The notes under the pieces are model-generated. The model did not search any database. It saw nothing but the letters and a program-made list of their open reading frames with translations, and was not told where the DNA came from. A DNA stretch of 64,000 nucleotides from Bacteroidales bacterium (lineage in GTDB: Bacteria > Bacteroidota > Bacteroidia > Bacteroidales > P3): assembly GCA_045576855.1 (NCBI GenBank), contig JAZNHG010000035.1, positions 1,855-65,854 on the forward strand, written 5' to 3'. The translations under genes and the position numbers were made by a program. Positions 27,623 to 34,684 of the stretch are shown here, one piece after another (the stretch's first letter is position 1; every line of letters begins with the position of its first letter).

Positions 27623-27825
27623 ATCCTCTCAGTGTGCATCTGGATTTTGCAAGTGCAAAAATGATAAAAAATGTTAAACCTCCTCTATGCACCAGTCGGC
27701 ACGGGGTAGGGCAGACGTGGTGGACAGCGCCGTCCCCACGCCCCAAGCGGCCGTGTCCGGCCGGCAGCAAAGGCGAAAAAAGACGAAGTACCGGAAACAT
27801 GATGCGTTTGCCCGGCCTGTGGCTT

Positions 27826-28045
27826 GATTGCGGCGCGGCATATCTGGTGCATGTTATTGAAAGGAAGGCCCTACGGGCCAGATTGCGGCGCGGCGTACGG
27901 GGTGCTTGCTATTGAGAGAAAGGCCCTACGGGCCAGAATGCGGCGTGGCGTACGGGGTGCTTGCTATTGAGAGAAAGGCCCTACGGGCCAGAATGCGGCG
28001 CGGCATATCTGGTGCATGTTATTGAAAGAAAGGCCCTACGGGCCA
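27826..28045 (+). repeat. four contiguous 55-bp direct repeats in the order A-B-B'-A', each ending in the hairpin GGCCC-TAC-GGGCC
   Basis: Units 27826-27880, 27881-27935, 27936-27990 and 27991-28045. Units 1 and 4 are near-identical (..CATATCTGGTGCATGTTATTGAAAG..). Units 2 and 3 are near-identical (..CGTACGGGGTGCTTGCTATTGAGAG..). Confidence 0.9.
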
Positions 28046-28065
28046 AGACCCGACGGTTGCAAAGG

Positions 28066-28198
28066 ATGCTCCGTCAGGAGCTCCCTCTCAATAGCAAGAC
28101 CCCGAAACACACCATGCTGCTCCGTTAGGAGCTTCCTTTCAATAGCCATTCCCGCACCTGCGCCGCCGGACCCTGGCCCGTTGGACTTTGCCTTCAAT
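28066..28198 (-). repeat. two to three degenerate inverted copies of the 55-bp unit
   Basis: The reverse complement contains CGGGGTCTTGCTATTGAGAG and GGCGGCGCAGGTGCGGGAATGGCTATTGAAAGGAAG. Their terminal hairpins are GCTCC-TGAC-GGAGC and GCTCC-TAAC-GGAGC in place of GGCCC-TAC-GGGCC. Confidence 0.75.
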
Positions 28199-28335
28199 CG
28201 CCATCCATCAGTGCAAGCGACTCGGTTTCTAGGTTTAATATGCAGATAAAATTTGCAAAAAAATTTGCGCAGATGAAATTCATTTTGTACCTTTGCCGCG
28301 TCAACCGAATGTCTAATCCAAAAGCCTAACACCTG

Positions 28336-28584
28336 ATGGAGAAGCGAATAGGAACGATTACCATACTCATAAAGGAGCGGCAGCAGTCTGCTGCCATCAA
28401 TCAGATACTGTCTGAGCACTCGGATATTATACTCTGCCGACAGGGCCTGCCCTTCCACGAGCGGGCCGTGGCCGTCATCTCGCTGATAGTGGAGGGTACC
28501 GTCAACAGCATCAACGCCCTCACCGGCCAGCTGGGACGCCTGCCCGAGGTGGAGTGCAAAGCGGTGGTAACGAAGAATAATTAA
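28336..28584 (+). CDS. small TM1266-family protein (putative iron-only hydrogenase system regulator)
   Basis: 82 aa. The pattern MEKRIGTITILI..R......IN.IL......I..R.G.P......ISLIVEG....I.ALTG.LG....V matches my recollection of TIGR03959-type proteins. It sits immediately upstream of hydG. Confidence 0.65.
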   Translation: MEKRIGTITILIKERQQSAAINQILSEHSDIILCRQGLPFHERAVAVISLIVEGTVNSINALTGQLGRLPEVECKAVVTKNN

Positions 28585-28603
28585 TCCTAAAAAATATAGA
28601 GAA

Positions 28604-30034
28604 ATGAAACACCAGAACTTTATCGACCGCGACAAACTGTACGGCATGATAGACCAACCGGCCCCGACGGAGAGCGAGCTGAACGACATCCTGAACAAGG
28701 CACGCAAGCTGAAAGGCCTCAACCTGCAGGATGTGGCCCACCTGCTCAACGTCAAAGACGAAGCCGACATACAGAAGATACTGGACACCGCCGAGTACTG
28801 CAAGGACGAAATCTACGGACGCCGCCTGGTGCTCTTCGCCCCCATCTACACGGGCAACGCCTGTGTGAACAACTGCGTCTACTGCGGTTTCCGCCGCGAC
28901 AACAAGGCGCTGAAGCGCAAAATACTGACCCTGGACGAGATAGAGACCGAGACGCTGCACCTGCTGCGCATGGGACACAAGCGCGCCCTGCTGATTTGCG
29001 GCGAGAGCCCGCGCAACGACGCCAACTACATGGTGGAGGCCATACGCCGCACCTACGCCGCCAAGGACGAGAAGGGCAGCACCATACGCCGCATCAATGT
29101 CGAGCTGGCACCCATGAGCGTCGAGGACTACGCCAAGCTGAAGGCCGAGAAGATAGGCACCTACGTCTGCTTCCAGGAGACCTACGACGAGGTGGAGTAC
29201 GCCAAATTCCACCCCGCCGGCACCCCCAAGGCCGACTACCTCTACCGCCTCACCTGCATGGACCGCGCCCAGGAAGGCGGCATCAACGACGTGGGCATCG
29301 GCGCACTGTTCGGACTGGTCGACTACCGCTTCGAGATACTGGCCATCATGGAGCATGCCCGCCACCTGGAAGAGGACTACGGCTGCGGCCCCCACACCGT
29401 CTCCTTCCCCCGCATCGAGCCCGCAGAAGGCACCCCCTTCAGCCAGCGCGAGAACATACCGCACCCGGTGAGCGACAAGGACTTCATGAAGATCATCGCC
29501 ATCATCCGCATCGCCATGCCCTACACGGGCATCATCATCTCGACCCGCGAGCGGCCCGAACTGCGCGACCAGCTGGTGCGTTACGGCGTCAGCCAAATCA
29601 GCGCCGCCAGCGAGACCAACCCCGGCGGCTACGACGAAGAGGGCGACAAGACGGCCGCCAAACCCTACGAGAAGACCGGCTCCACCGGCGCCCAGTTCAC
29701 CCTTGGCGACCACCGCTCGCTGGACGAGGTTATCTCTATGATGATCGACGGCGGCTACATACCCTCGTTCTGCACCGGATGCTACCGCAAGGGACGCGTG
29801 GGCGCCGACTTCATGGACCTGGCCAAACCCGGCCTCATCAAGGAGTACTGCAAGCCCAACGCCATGTTCACCTTCCGCGAGTACCTGGAGGACTACGCCA
29901 GCCCCGCCACCAAAGAGAAAGGTCTGCGCCTGCTCAAGGAGCTCACTCAGACCTTCAGCAAGGAAGAATTGAAACGTCGCGTGGAGGGTAACCTCTGCAA
30001 AATTGGCGATGGAGAGCGCGATTTGTACTTTTGA
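28604..30034 (+). CDS. hydG: [FeFe]-hydrogenase H-cluster radical-SAM maturase HydG
   Basis: 476 aa. Radical-SAM CVNNCVYCGF plus the HydG-specific C-terminal cluster motif CTGCYR..(22 aa)..C, which distinguishes it from ThiH. Confidence 0.85.
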   Translation: MKHQNFIDRDKLYGMIDQPAPTESELNDILNKARKLKGLNLQDVAHLLNVKDEADIQKILDTAEYCKDEIYGRRLVLFAPIYTGNACVNNCVYCGFRRDNKALKRKILTLDEIETETLHLLRMGHKRALLICGESPRNDANYMVEAIRRTYAAKDEKGSTIRRINVELAPMSVEDYAKLKAEKIGTYVCFQETYDEVEYAKFHPAGTPKADYLYRLTCMDRAQEGGINDVGIGALFGLVDYRFEILAIMEHARHLEEDYGCGPHTVSFPRIEPAEGTPFSQRENIPHPVSDKDFMKIIAIIRIAMPYTGIIISTRERPELRDQLVRYGVSQISAASETNPGGYDEEGDKTAAKPYEKTGSTGAQFTLGDHRSLDEVISMMIDGGYIPSFCTGCYRKGRVGADFMDLAKPGLIKEYCKPNAMFTFREYLEDYASPATKEKGLRLLKELTQTFSKEELKRRVEGNLCKIGDGERDLYF

Positions 30035-30090
30035 GACGCCGATTTGGCCGTTTCAGCCACTTTTCGCATCGCCGTTTTCCGAAAAAGATG

Positions 30091-30098
30091 TACTTTTG
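30091..30098 (+). promoter_or_regulatory. orphan stable-RNA-type -7 box TACTTTTG with an extended GCACCCG..TTGGAG context
   Basis: gatgTACTTTTGCACCCGAATTGGAG is near-identical to the contexts upstream of tRNA-Phe, tRNA-Gln and the six-tRNA cluster. No gene lies downstream on this strand. Confidence 0.4.
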
Positions 30099-30104
30099 CA
30101 CCCG

Positions 30105-30176
30105 AATTGGAGAAAAAATGTTTTCATGGTTTTGATAGGGATGAGGCCCTGCCGTCTGGCAGGGCCCTTCTCTTTA
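30105..30176 (+). ncRNA. candidate small RNA of about 70 nt between the orphan promoter and an intrinsic terminator
   Basis: Bounded by the -7 box at 30091-30098 and the hairpin at 30145-30166 plus a T-rich tail. It has no ORF and no tRNA fold. The ends are inferred. Confidence 0.3.
30145..30176 (+). terminator. intrinsic terminator-like hairpin between the convergent hydG and luxS genes
   Basis: 9-bp GC-rich stem ggccctgcc/ggcagggcc with loop gtct, followed by cttctcttta. Confidence 0.55.
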
Positions 30177-30211
30177 TATCCGCCACGGGGCAAGACGCCG
30201 CCCCGGCTGCA

Positions 30212-30706
30212 TCATGCATCGGCGAACACCTTGCCGTCCTGCAGCGTCACCTGCAGCTTGGTGTACTCGCAGTGGAAGTCGTTCTTCAGGCGGTCCAGGT
30301 AGCGTCGGCTCTCCCATTGGCACATCGGCAAGTCGTGAAGCAAGCAGTTGCCGCAGGTCTCTGGCGTGGTGGCAGGCACCTCGGTCTGGGTCAGCACCCA
30401 CTCCAGGCACTGCATGGTCAGCAGCCGCATGTCCTCCACAGTGTAGTGCCCCGTCATGATAACGTACATTCCGGTCAGGCATCCCATAGGTCCCACATAC
30501 ACCACATCGTCCTTGGCGGCCGAATTGCGGAACCAGGTGGCCATCAGATGCTCCAGGCTGTGCATGGCCGCCGGAGCCACTGCGGGCTCGCGGTTGGGCT
30601 CGGTAATGCGCAGATCGAACGTGGTGAACCCGCGGTCTATGCGCGACACATAGATGCCCGGCTTCAGGTGCGTGTGGTCTATTGTAAAGCTTTGTATTAC
30701 TTCCAT
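30212..30706 (-). CDS. luxS: S-ribosylhomocysteine lyase
   Basis: 164 aa with the metal-binding HSLEHL motif and a conserved GCLTG region. Confidence 0.92.
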   Translation of the reverse strand: MEVIQSFTIDHTHLKPGIYVSRIDRGFTTFDLRITEPNREPAVAPAAMHSLEHLMATWFRNSAAKDDVVYVGPMGCLTGMYVIMTGHYTVEDMRLLTMQCLEWVLTQTEVPATTPETCGNCLLHDLPMCQWESRRYLDRLKNDFHCEYTKLQVTLQDGKVFADA

Positions 30707-30716
30707 AGTCGTTGGT

Positions 30717-31382
30717 TTATAACAGTTCGAGGTAATTACGGACGAAGCGGAACGAGCGGTCGCACATAGAGGCGAGGAAGTCGGCCCACTGCTGCTTGTG
30801 GTCGGGGGTGCGGCCGGGCGTGTCGCTGATGACGCGCAGGCTGAGGAAGGGCACCTTCAGCAGGTAGGCTGTCTGCGCTATGGCGGCGCTTTCCATGTCG
30901 CATGCCAGCCCGTCGGGGAAATTGCGCTTGATTTCATTCTGCCGCTCGCGGTCGGTGATGAACTGGTCGCCGGTGCAGATGAGTCCTGTCATCAGGCGTT
31001 CGTCGGCTGCACGGGGCACACGCAGGGCGGTGTCGAGCAGATGCCGGTCGGCATCGAAACGCTCGGGCAACCCCTGCACCTGCCCCCGGACACATCCCAG
31101 TCCGCCGCCGCAGTCGACGTCGTGGTAGACCGCTTGCGTGGCGGCCAGCACGTCCATCACCTGCATCTGCGGGTCGATACCGCCGGCCAGACCGGTGCTG
31201 ACGATGGCGTCGGGCCAGTGCTCCTGCATCAGCCGCATGGTGCCCACGGCGGCATTCACCTTGCCAATGCCGCACTGCCACAACACTATATCGTTGCTGC
31301 CCAGTCGGCCGGTGTCGCCTCCTATTGCATCGCGCATCTGCCGATACTCGATGTCCATTGCAATAATAACTCCTATCTTCAT
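30717..31382 (-). CDS. mtnN: 5'-methylthioadenosine / S-adenosylhomocysteine nucleosidase
   Basis: Start taken at MKIGVIIAMDIE. Motifs GIGKVNAA, TGLAGG and CDMESAAIAQ. It lies directly upstream of luxS. Confidence 0.88.
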   Translation of the reverse strand: MKIGVIIAMDIEYRQMRDAIGGDTGRLGSNDIVLWQCGIGKVNAAVGTMRLMQEHWPDAIVSTGLAGGIDPQMQVMDVLAATQAVYHDVDCGGGLGCVRGQVQGLPERFDADRHLLDTALRVPRAADERLMTGLICTGDQFITDRERQNEIKRNFPDGLACDMESAAIAQTAYLLKVPFLSLRVISDTPGRTPDHKQQWADFLASMCDRSFRFVRNYLELL

Positions 31383-31556
31383 ATTCTGTTTCGTTTGATG
31401 GCGCTTCGGGCGGCTGCCGCGATGGCCATTTTGTTGGGTTTCACGTTGCAAAGATACAACTTTTTTCCATTTCACCGCCCTGTGGCGCATAATATTTTTC
31501 CGCGGCAGGCGTTATAGTCCTATTAAAGAACAACTAACAGCAAAGTTCAGAACGTC

Positions 31557-32786
31557 ATGAAACGTTGGTTACGCATCATCATCATCTCGCTGTTTGCCCT
31601 GGCGGCCGTCAGTTTGGTGTTCATCCAAATGGTGCAGACACGCCGCACCTTCTCCATCAGTGACAATATGTTCAACATCAGCGTCTCCAGCGCAATGGAC
31701 CGGGTGGTGGAACAACTCAACGGCGAAGTGTTCCAGACGGCCAGCCATCCCGCGGCCTCGTTCAACTATCAGGAGCTGGATTCGCTCATCGTCGAGGAGC
31801 TTCTGCTGGTCGGCATCGACCAGCATCCCATCGTGGGCCTCTACGACGGCTCGCAGGGCTCGTTCCTCTACAGCTCTGACCCACAGCGCGAAAACCTGCT
31901 TGAGCAGTCGCCCTACCGCTACAGTTTCCAGCCCATTGGCGTGGTCTCCTCCAACCAGTTCTTCATCATTCTCGCCTTCTACGGCAACCTGATTCCCCGC
32001 ATCGACAGCAGCCTCTACCTTTATATGAGCCTCTTCCTCGTGGTGGTCATCGCCGTGCTGTTCATTATCTCCATCCGCACCGTGGCCAACCAGCGCCGCC
32101 TCGACCAGATGAAGACGCAGTTTATCAACAACATGACCCACGAAATCAAGACCCCCATATCCACCATATCGCTGGCCTGCGAGATGCTGCAGGACCAGTC
32201 CATAGCCCAGGACAACGCCGCCCGGCCGACCTACGTGGGCATCATAGCCGACGAGAACCAGCGCATGCGCATGCTCGTGGAGACCATACTGCAGAGCTCC
32301 AAAATGTCCGGGCGCAAGGTGAACCTGAACCTCACGGAGGTCAATGTGGACCATGTGGTGGAGAAGGTGGCGCAGAGCTTCCAGCTCACGCTGAGCAACC
32401 GCAACGGACGGCTCGAGACGCACCTCGACGCCCAGCCCTCCACCCTAGTCGCCGACGAGCTGCACCTGACCAATATGATATACAATCTGGTGGACAACGG
32501 CATCAAATACTCGCCCACAACGCCACACATCATCGTCAGCACCCGCCACGATGGCAACCGCTTCGTCATCAGCGTCCGCGACCACGGCATGGGCATAGCC
32601 AAGGCCGATCAGAAGCACGTCTTCGAGAAATTCTACCGCGTGTCGACCGGCAATGTGCACAATGTAAAGGGCTTCGGCATCGGGTTGAACTATGTGGCCC
32701 AGGTGGTCCGCCTGCATCATGGCACCATCAGTCTCGAAAGCGAACCCGGCCAGGGCTCCACATTCACCATATCGCTGCCAGCCTAG
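31557..32786 (+). CDS. sensor histidine kinase with two TM segments and no adjacent response regulator
   Basis: 409 aa. H-box FINNMTHEIKTPIS, N-box YNLVDNGIKYS, G-boxes VRDHGMGI and GFGIGLNYV. Confidence 0.85.
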   Translation: MKRWLRIIIISLFALAAVSLVFIQMVQTRRTFSISDNMFNISVSSAMDRVVEQLNGEVFQTASHPAASFNYQELDSLIVEELLLVGIDQHPIVGLYDGSQGSFLYSSDPQRENLLEQSPYRYSFQPIGVVSSNQFFIILAFYGNLIPRIDSSLYLYMSLFLVVVIAVLFIISIRTVANQRRLDQMKTQFINNMTHEIKTPISTISLACEMLQDQSIAQDNAARPTYVGIIADENQRMRMLVETILQSSKMSGRKVNLNLTEVNVDHVVEKVAQSFQLTLSNRNGRLETHLDAQPSTLVADELHLTNMIYNLVDNGIKYSPTTPHIIVSTRHDGNRFVISVRDHGMGIAKADQKHVFEKFYRVSTGNVHNVKGFGIGLNYVAQVVRLHHGTISLESEPGQGSTFTISLPA

Positions 32787-32853
32787 ACCTGTCGGCAGGC
32801 ACTTCCGGCGGTGCAACGCTCTGCCAAACAGTACAGAAACACGACACTAAACC

Positions 32854-32887
32854 CTTACCAACACCTACCGTGGTAGGTGTTGGTAAG
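32854..32887. repeat. perfect 16-bp inverted repeat (hairpin) 68 nt after the kinase stop
   Basis: cttaccaacacctacc-gt-ggtaggtgttggtaag. The right arm runs straight into the 11-mer array. There is no U-tract. Confidence 0.85.
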
Positions 32888-32934
32888 GAGTTGGTAAGGA
32901 GTTGGTAAGGAGTTGGCAAGGAGATGGTAGGTTG
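32869..32934. repeat. 11-bp tandem array TTGGTAAGGAG, about 6 units including diverged end units
   Basis: gtggtaggtgt ttggtaaggag ttggtaaggag ttggtaaggag ttggcaaggag atggtaggttg. Confidence 0.9.
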
Positions 32935-33050
32935 GGAGCCTGACGTTCAGCGGGTTACAAGGGCCGTTTTTCGCGTCACAACAGGTGGGGGTATTTTTTC
33001 CAACATGCCGCCACACGGGACCAGACACCGCTGCCCTGACGGCTGCAAGT
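32924..33050 (+). repeat. dispersed element, copy 1 (inverted homologue at about 41255-41395)
   Basis: GATGGTAGGTTGGGAGCCTGACGTTCAGCGGGTTACAAGGGCCGTTTTTCGCGTCACAACAGGTGGGGG compared with the reverse complement of 41326-41394, GATGGTAGGTTGAGGGCTTGAGGTTCAGTGGGTTACAAGGGCGTTTTTTCGCGTCACAACAGGCAGGGG. Confidence 0.8.
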
Positions 33051-33053
33051 CAT

Positions 33054-33089
33054 ACAAAAATCCCCGTGCAACCGCTGCTGCACGGGGAT
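33054..33089 (-). terminator. intrinsic terminator after the C10 peptidase gene
   Basis: On the minus strand, an 11-bp stem atccccgtgca/tgcacggggat followed by TTTTT. Confidence 0.75.
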
Positions 33090-33115
33090 TTACAGGTATA
33101 ACTGCCACGCTTCGG

Positions 33116-34618
33116 TTATCGAACTATAAACTTGCCGTGGGCATCGCCCATGCGGTAGATATAGATGCCCGAAGGCAGAGCGGCCACGGGGAGGACCACC
33201 TCGCCCTCGCCGGCCTGTACGGGACGGCTCTCGACCAGCCGGCCGTCGATGCTGTAAACCTTCAACTCAGCCGCCTGGCGGGTGGCATAGGGCAGCGTGA
33301 TGCTGAGGGTGGCAGGGTTGGGATAGGCGGCGCCGAGACGGCTGCTGCCGTCGGCCACCTCGGACACACCGACGTAGATGGGGCGGTCGGTGGAGTCGGC
33401 CGGGGGAAGCATATTGTAGATAATCTGCTGGTCGCGGACGAAGTCGTAGCCGCCGGCGCTCATATTGTTGTTGGCCAACGTGGAGAGGTTGAAGTATCCG
33501 TCGCTGCTGCCGCCCCAGCCCCAGTTCATGTGGTAGTGGGTCTCGTTGGCGGTATTGTAGCCGTCACACACCCAGGCATGTCCGGCTGCGTCGCGGCCAC
33601 TGCCCGTACGGCTGGAACCGGCCATATAGAGCGGGCGTTTCATCATCAGCTCGCGGCGGATGGTGTTCACAAAATGCGTGTCGGTGCTGCCGTTGCGGGT
33701 GAGGACCTGTCCACGGCTGTACTTGAAGTTGGTGGCCATACCCTCGAGGGCACTGTTATTGTTGGAGCCGCTGCCGTCGGGCGAGAAGGACATCTTGACC
33801 GCCAGGCCGAGGTAGTAACCCAGACGCGACACCTCGTAGCGACGGGCATAGTTGACGTTGGTATTGCCGTTCCAGGTGACGGTGATGGAATTGGGCATCG
33901 TGTCGTAGTTGAAGGCTGCCGAATCGTCGAAGCGGGCACCCAGCTGTTTCGACTTGGTGACACCGTTCTCCCGATAGTACCAAGTGTAGAAAAGACGGCC
34001 GGTGGCCTTCTTGGGATAGGCATAGTACTTGCAGATCTGGGCCAGAGCGGTGGCTACGCAGCCGGTGGGGCACACGCTGTCGTTGACCACCGGGGCCAAC
34101 ATATTGTAGTCGATACCGCGTTCGTCGCCCTGGTTCCAGGTGGTGCTGAGCAGTTTGATCATCGCTTTGGGGGCTGGAGCCGACTGTTCGCTGGCAAGGA
34201 TGTCGGCCCATTCGGGATTCTCCTCGAGGGCCTTCTCGGCGTCGGCTGTCTGCACACCACTGACGAGTTCATTGTATCCACGCAACCACCAATCGGCTTG
34301 GGGCGGCACATTGCTGACATCGAAGACATTGTCGTCGGAGAAAGCGACGACAGGTTCCGTGGCTGTGCAGGCGGCAATGATAATCCAACCCGCCTCGGGG
34401 GCGGAGAAGAGATACATGGAGGGTACATTGAGTTCAGCGTTGTACCACTGGTAAGTCAGTGTCAACTGGTCGGCAGTGAGACGGCTGAGGTTGGTGTTCT
34501 GTCGCAGATAGATGGCTGCGACACGCTGGGCCTGGTCGACGGGGACCTGCTCGGCGCGCACTGCACCGGCTCCCATCAGGGTCATGGCTACCAGAACGGA
34601 GGTGATGACTTTTTTCAT
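33116..34618 (-). CDS. C10-family (streptopain-like) cysteine peptidase with an N-terminal propeptide/inhibitor-like region and a T9SS type-A C-terminal domain
   Basis: 500 aa. Signal peptide, catalytic Cys context CPTGCVATALAQI, His context GHAWVCDGY, and a C-terminal AYPNPA...LPSGIYIYR sorting domain. Confidence 0.8.
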   Translation of the reverse strand: MKKVITSVLVAMTLMGAGAVRAEQVPVDQAQRVAAIYLRQNTNLSRLTADQLTLTYQWYNAELNVPSMYLFSAPEAGWIIIAACTATEPVVAFSDDNVFDVSNVPPQADWWLRGYNELVSGVQTADAEKALEENPEWADILASEQSAPAPKAMIKLLSTTWNQGDERGIDYNMLAPVVNDSVCPTGCVATALAQICKYYAYPKKATGRLFYTWYYRENGVTKSKQLGARFDDSAAFNYDTMPNSITVTWNGNTNVNYARRYEVSRLGYYLGLAVKMSFSPDGSGSNNNSALEGMATNFKYSRGQVLTRNGSTDTHFVNTIRRELMMKRPLYMAGSSRTGSGRDAAGHAWVCDGYNTANETHYHMNWGWGGSSDGYFNLSTLANNNMSAGGYDFVRDQQIIYNMLPPADSTDRPIYVGVSEVADGSSRLGAAYPNPATLSITLPYATRQAAELKVYSIDGRLVESRPVQAGEGEVVLPVAALPSGIYIYRMGDAHGKFIVR

Positions 34619-34684
34619 TGATAAATTATTGTTTGTTGTTATTTTTCAATTTTAGTATTTAGTATCCTTAATTGTCGTTTTCTT

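Larger units (their letters stand above)
27310..27680 (+). repeat. composite repeat-rich intergenic element, copy 2 (homologous to 16125-16500)
   Basis: Same module order as copy 1 (see that feature). Differences are mainly in the number and type of short tandem units. Boundaries are approximate. Confidence 0.75.

Noticed and set aside
27826-28045. Possible CRISPR array (regular 55-bp periodicity).
   Set aside because: The repeats are contiguous with no unique spacers. The units fall into two alternating variants. There are no cas genes in the window.
28036-28803. A 255-aa minus-strand ORF overlapping the repeat block, the TM1266-like gene and the hydG start.
   Set aside because: It is antisense to two recognisable genes and partly made of repeat sequence.
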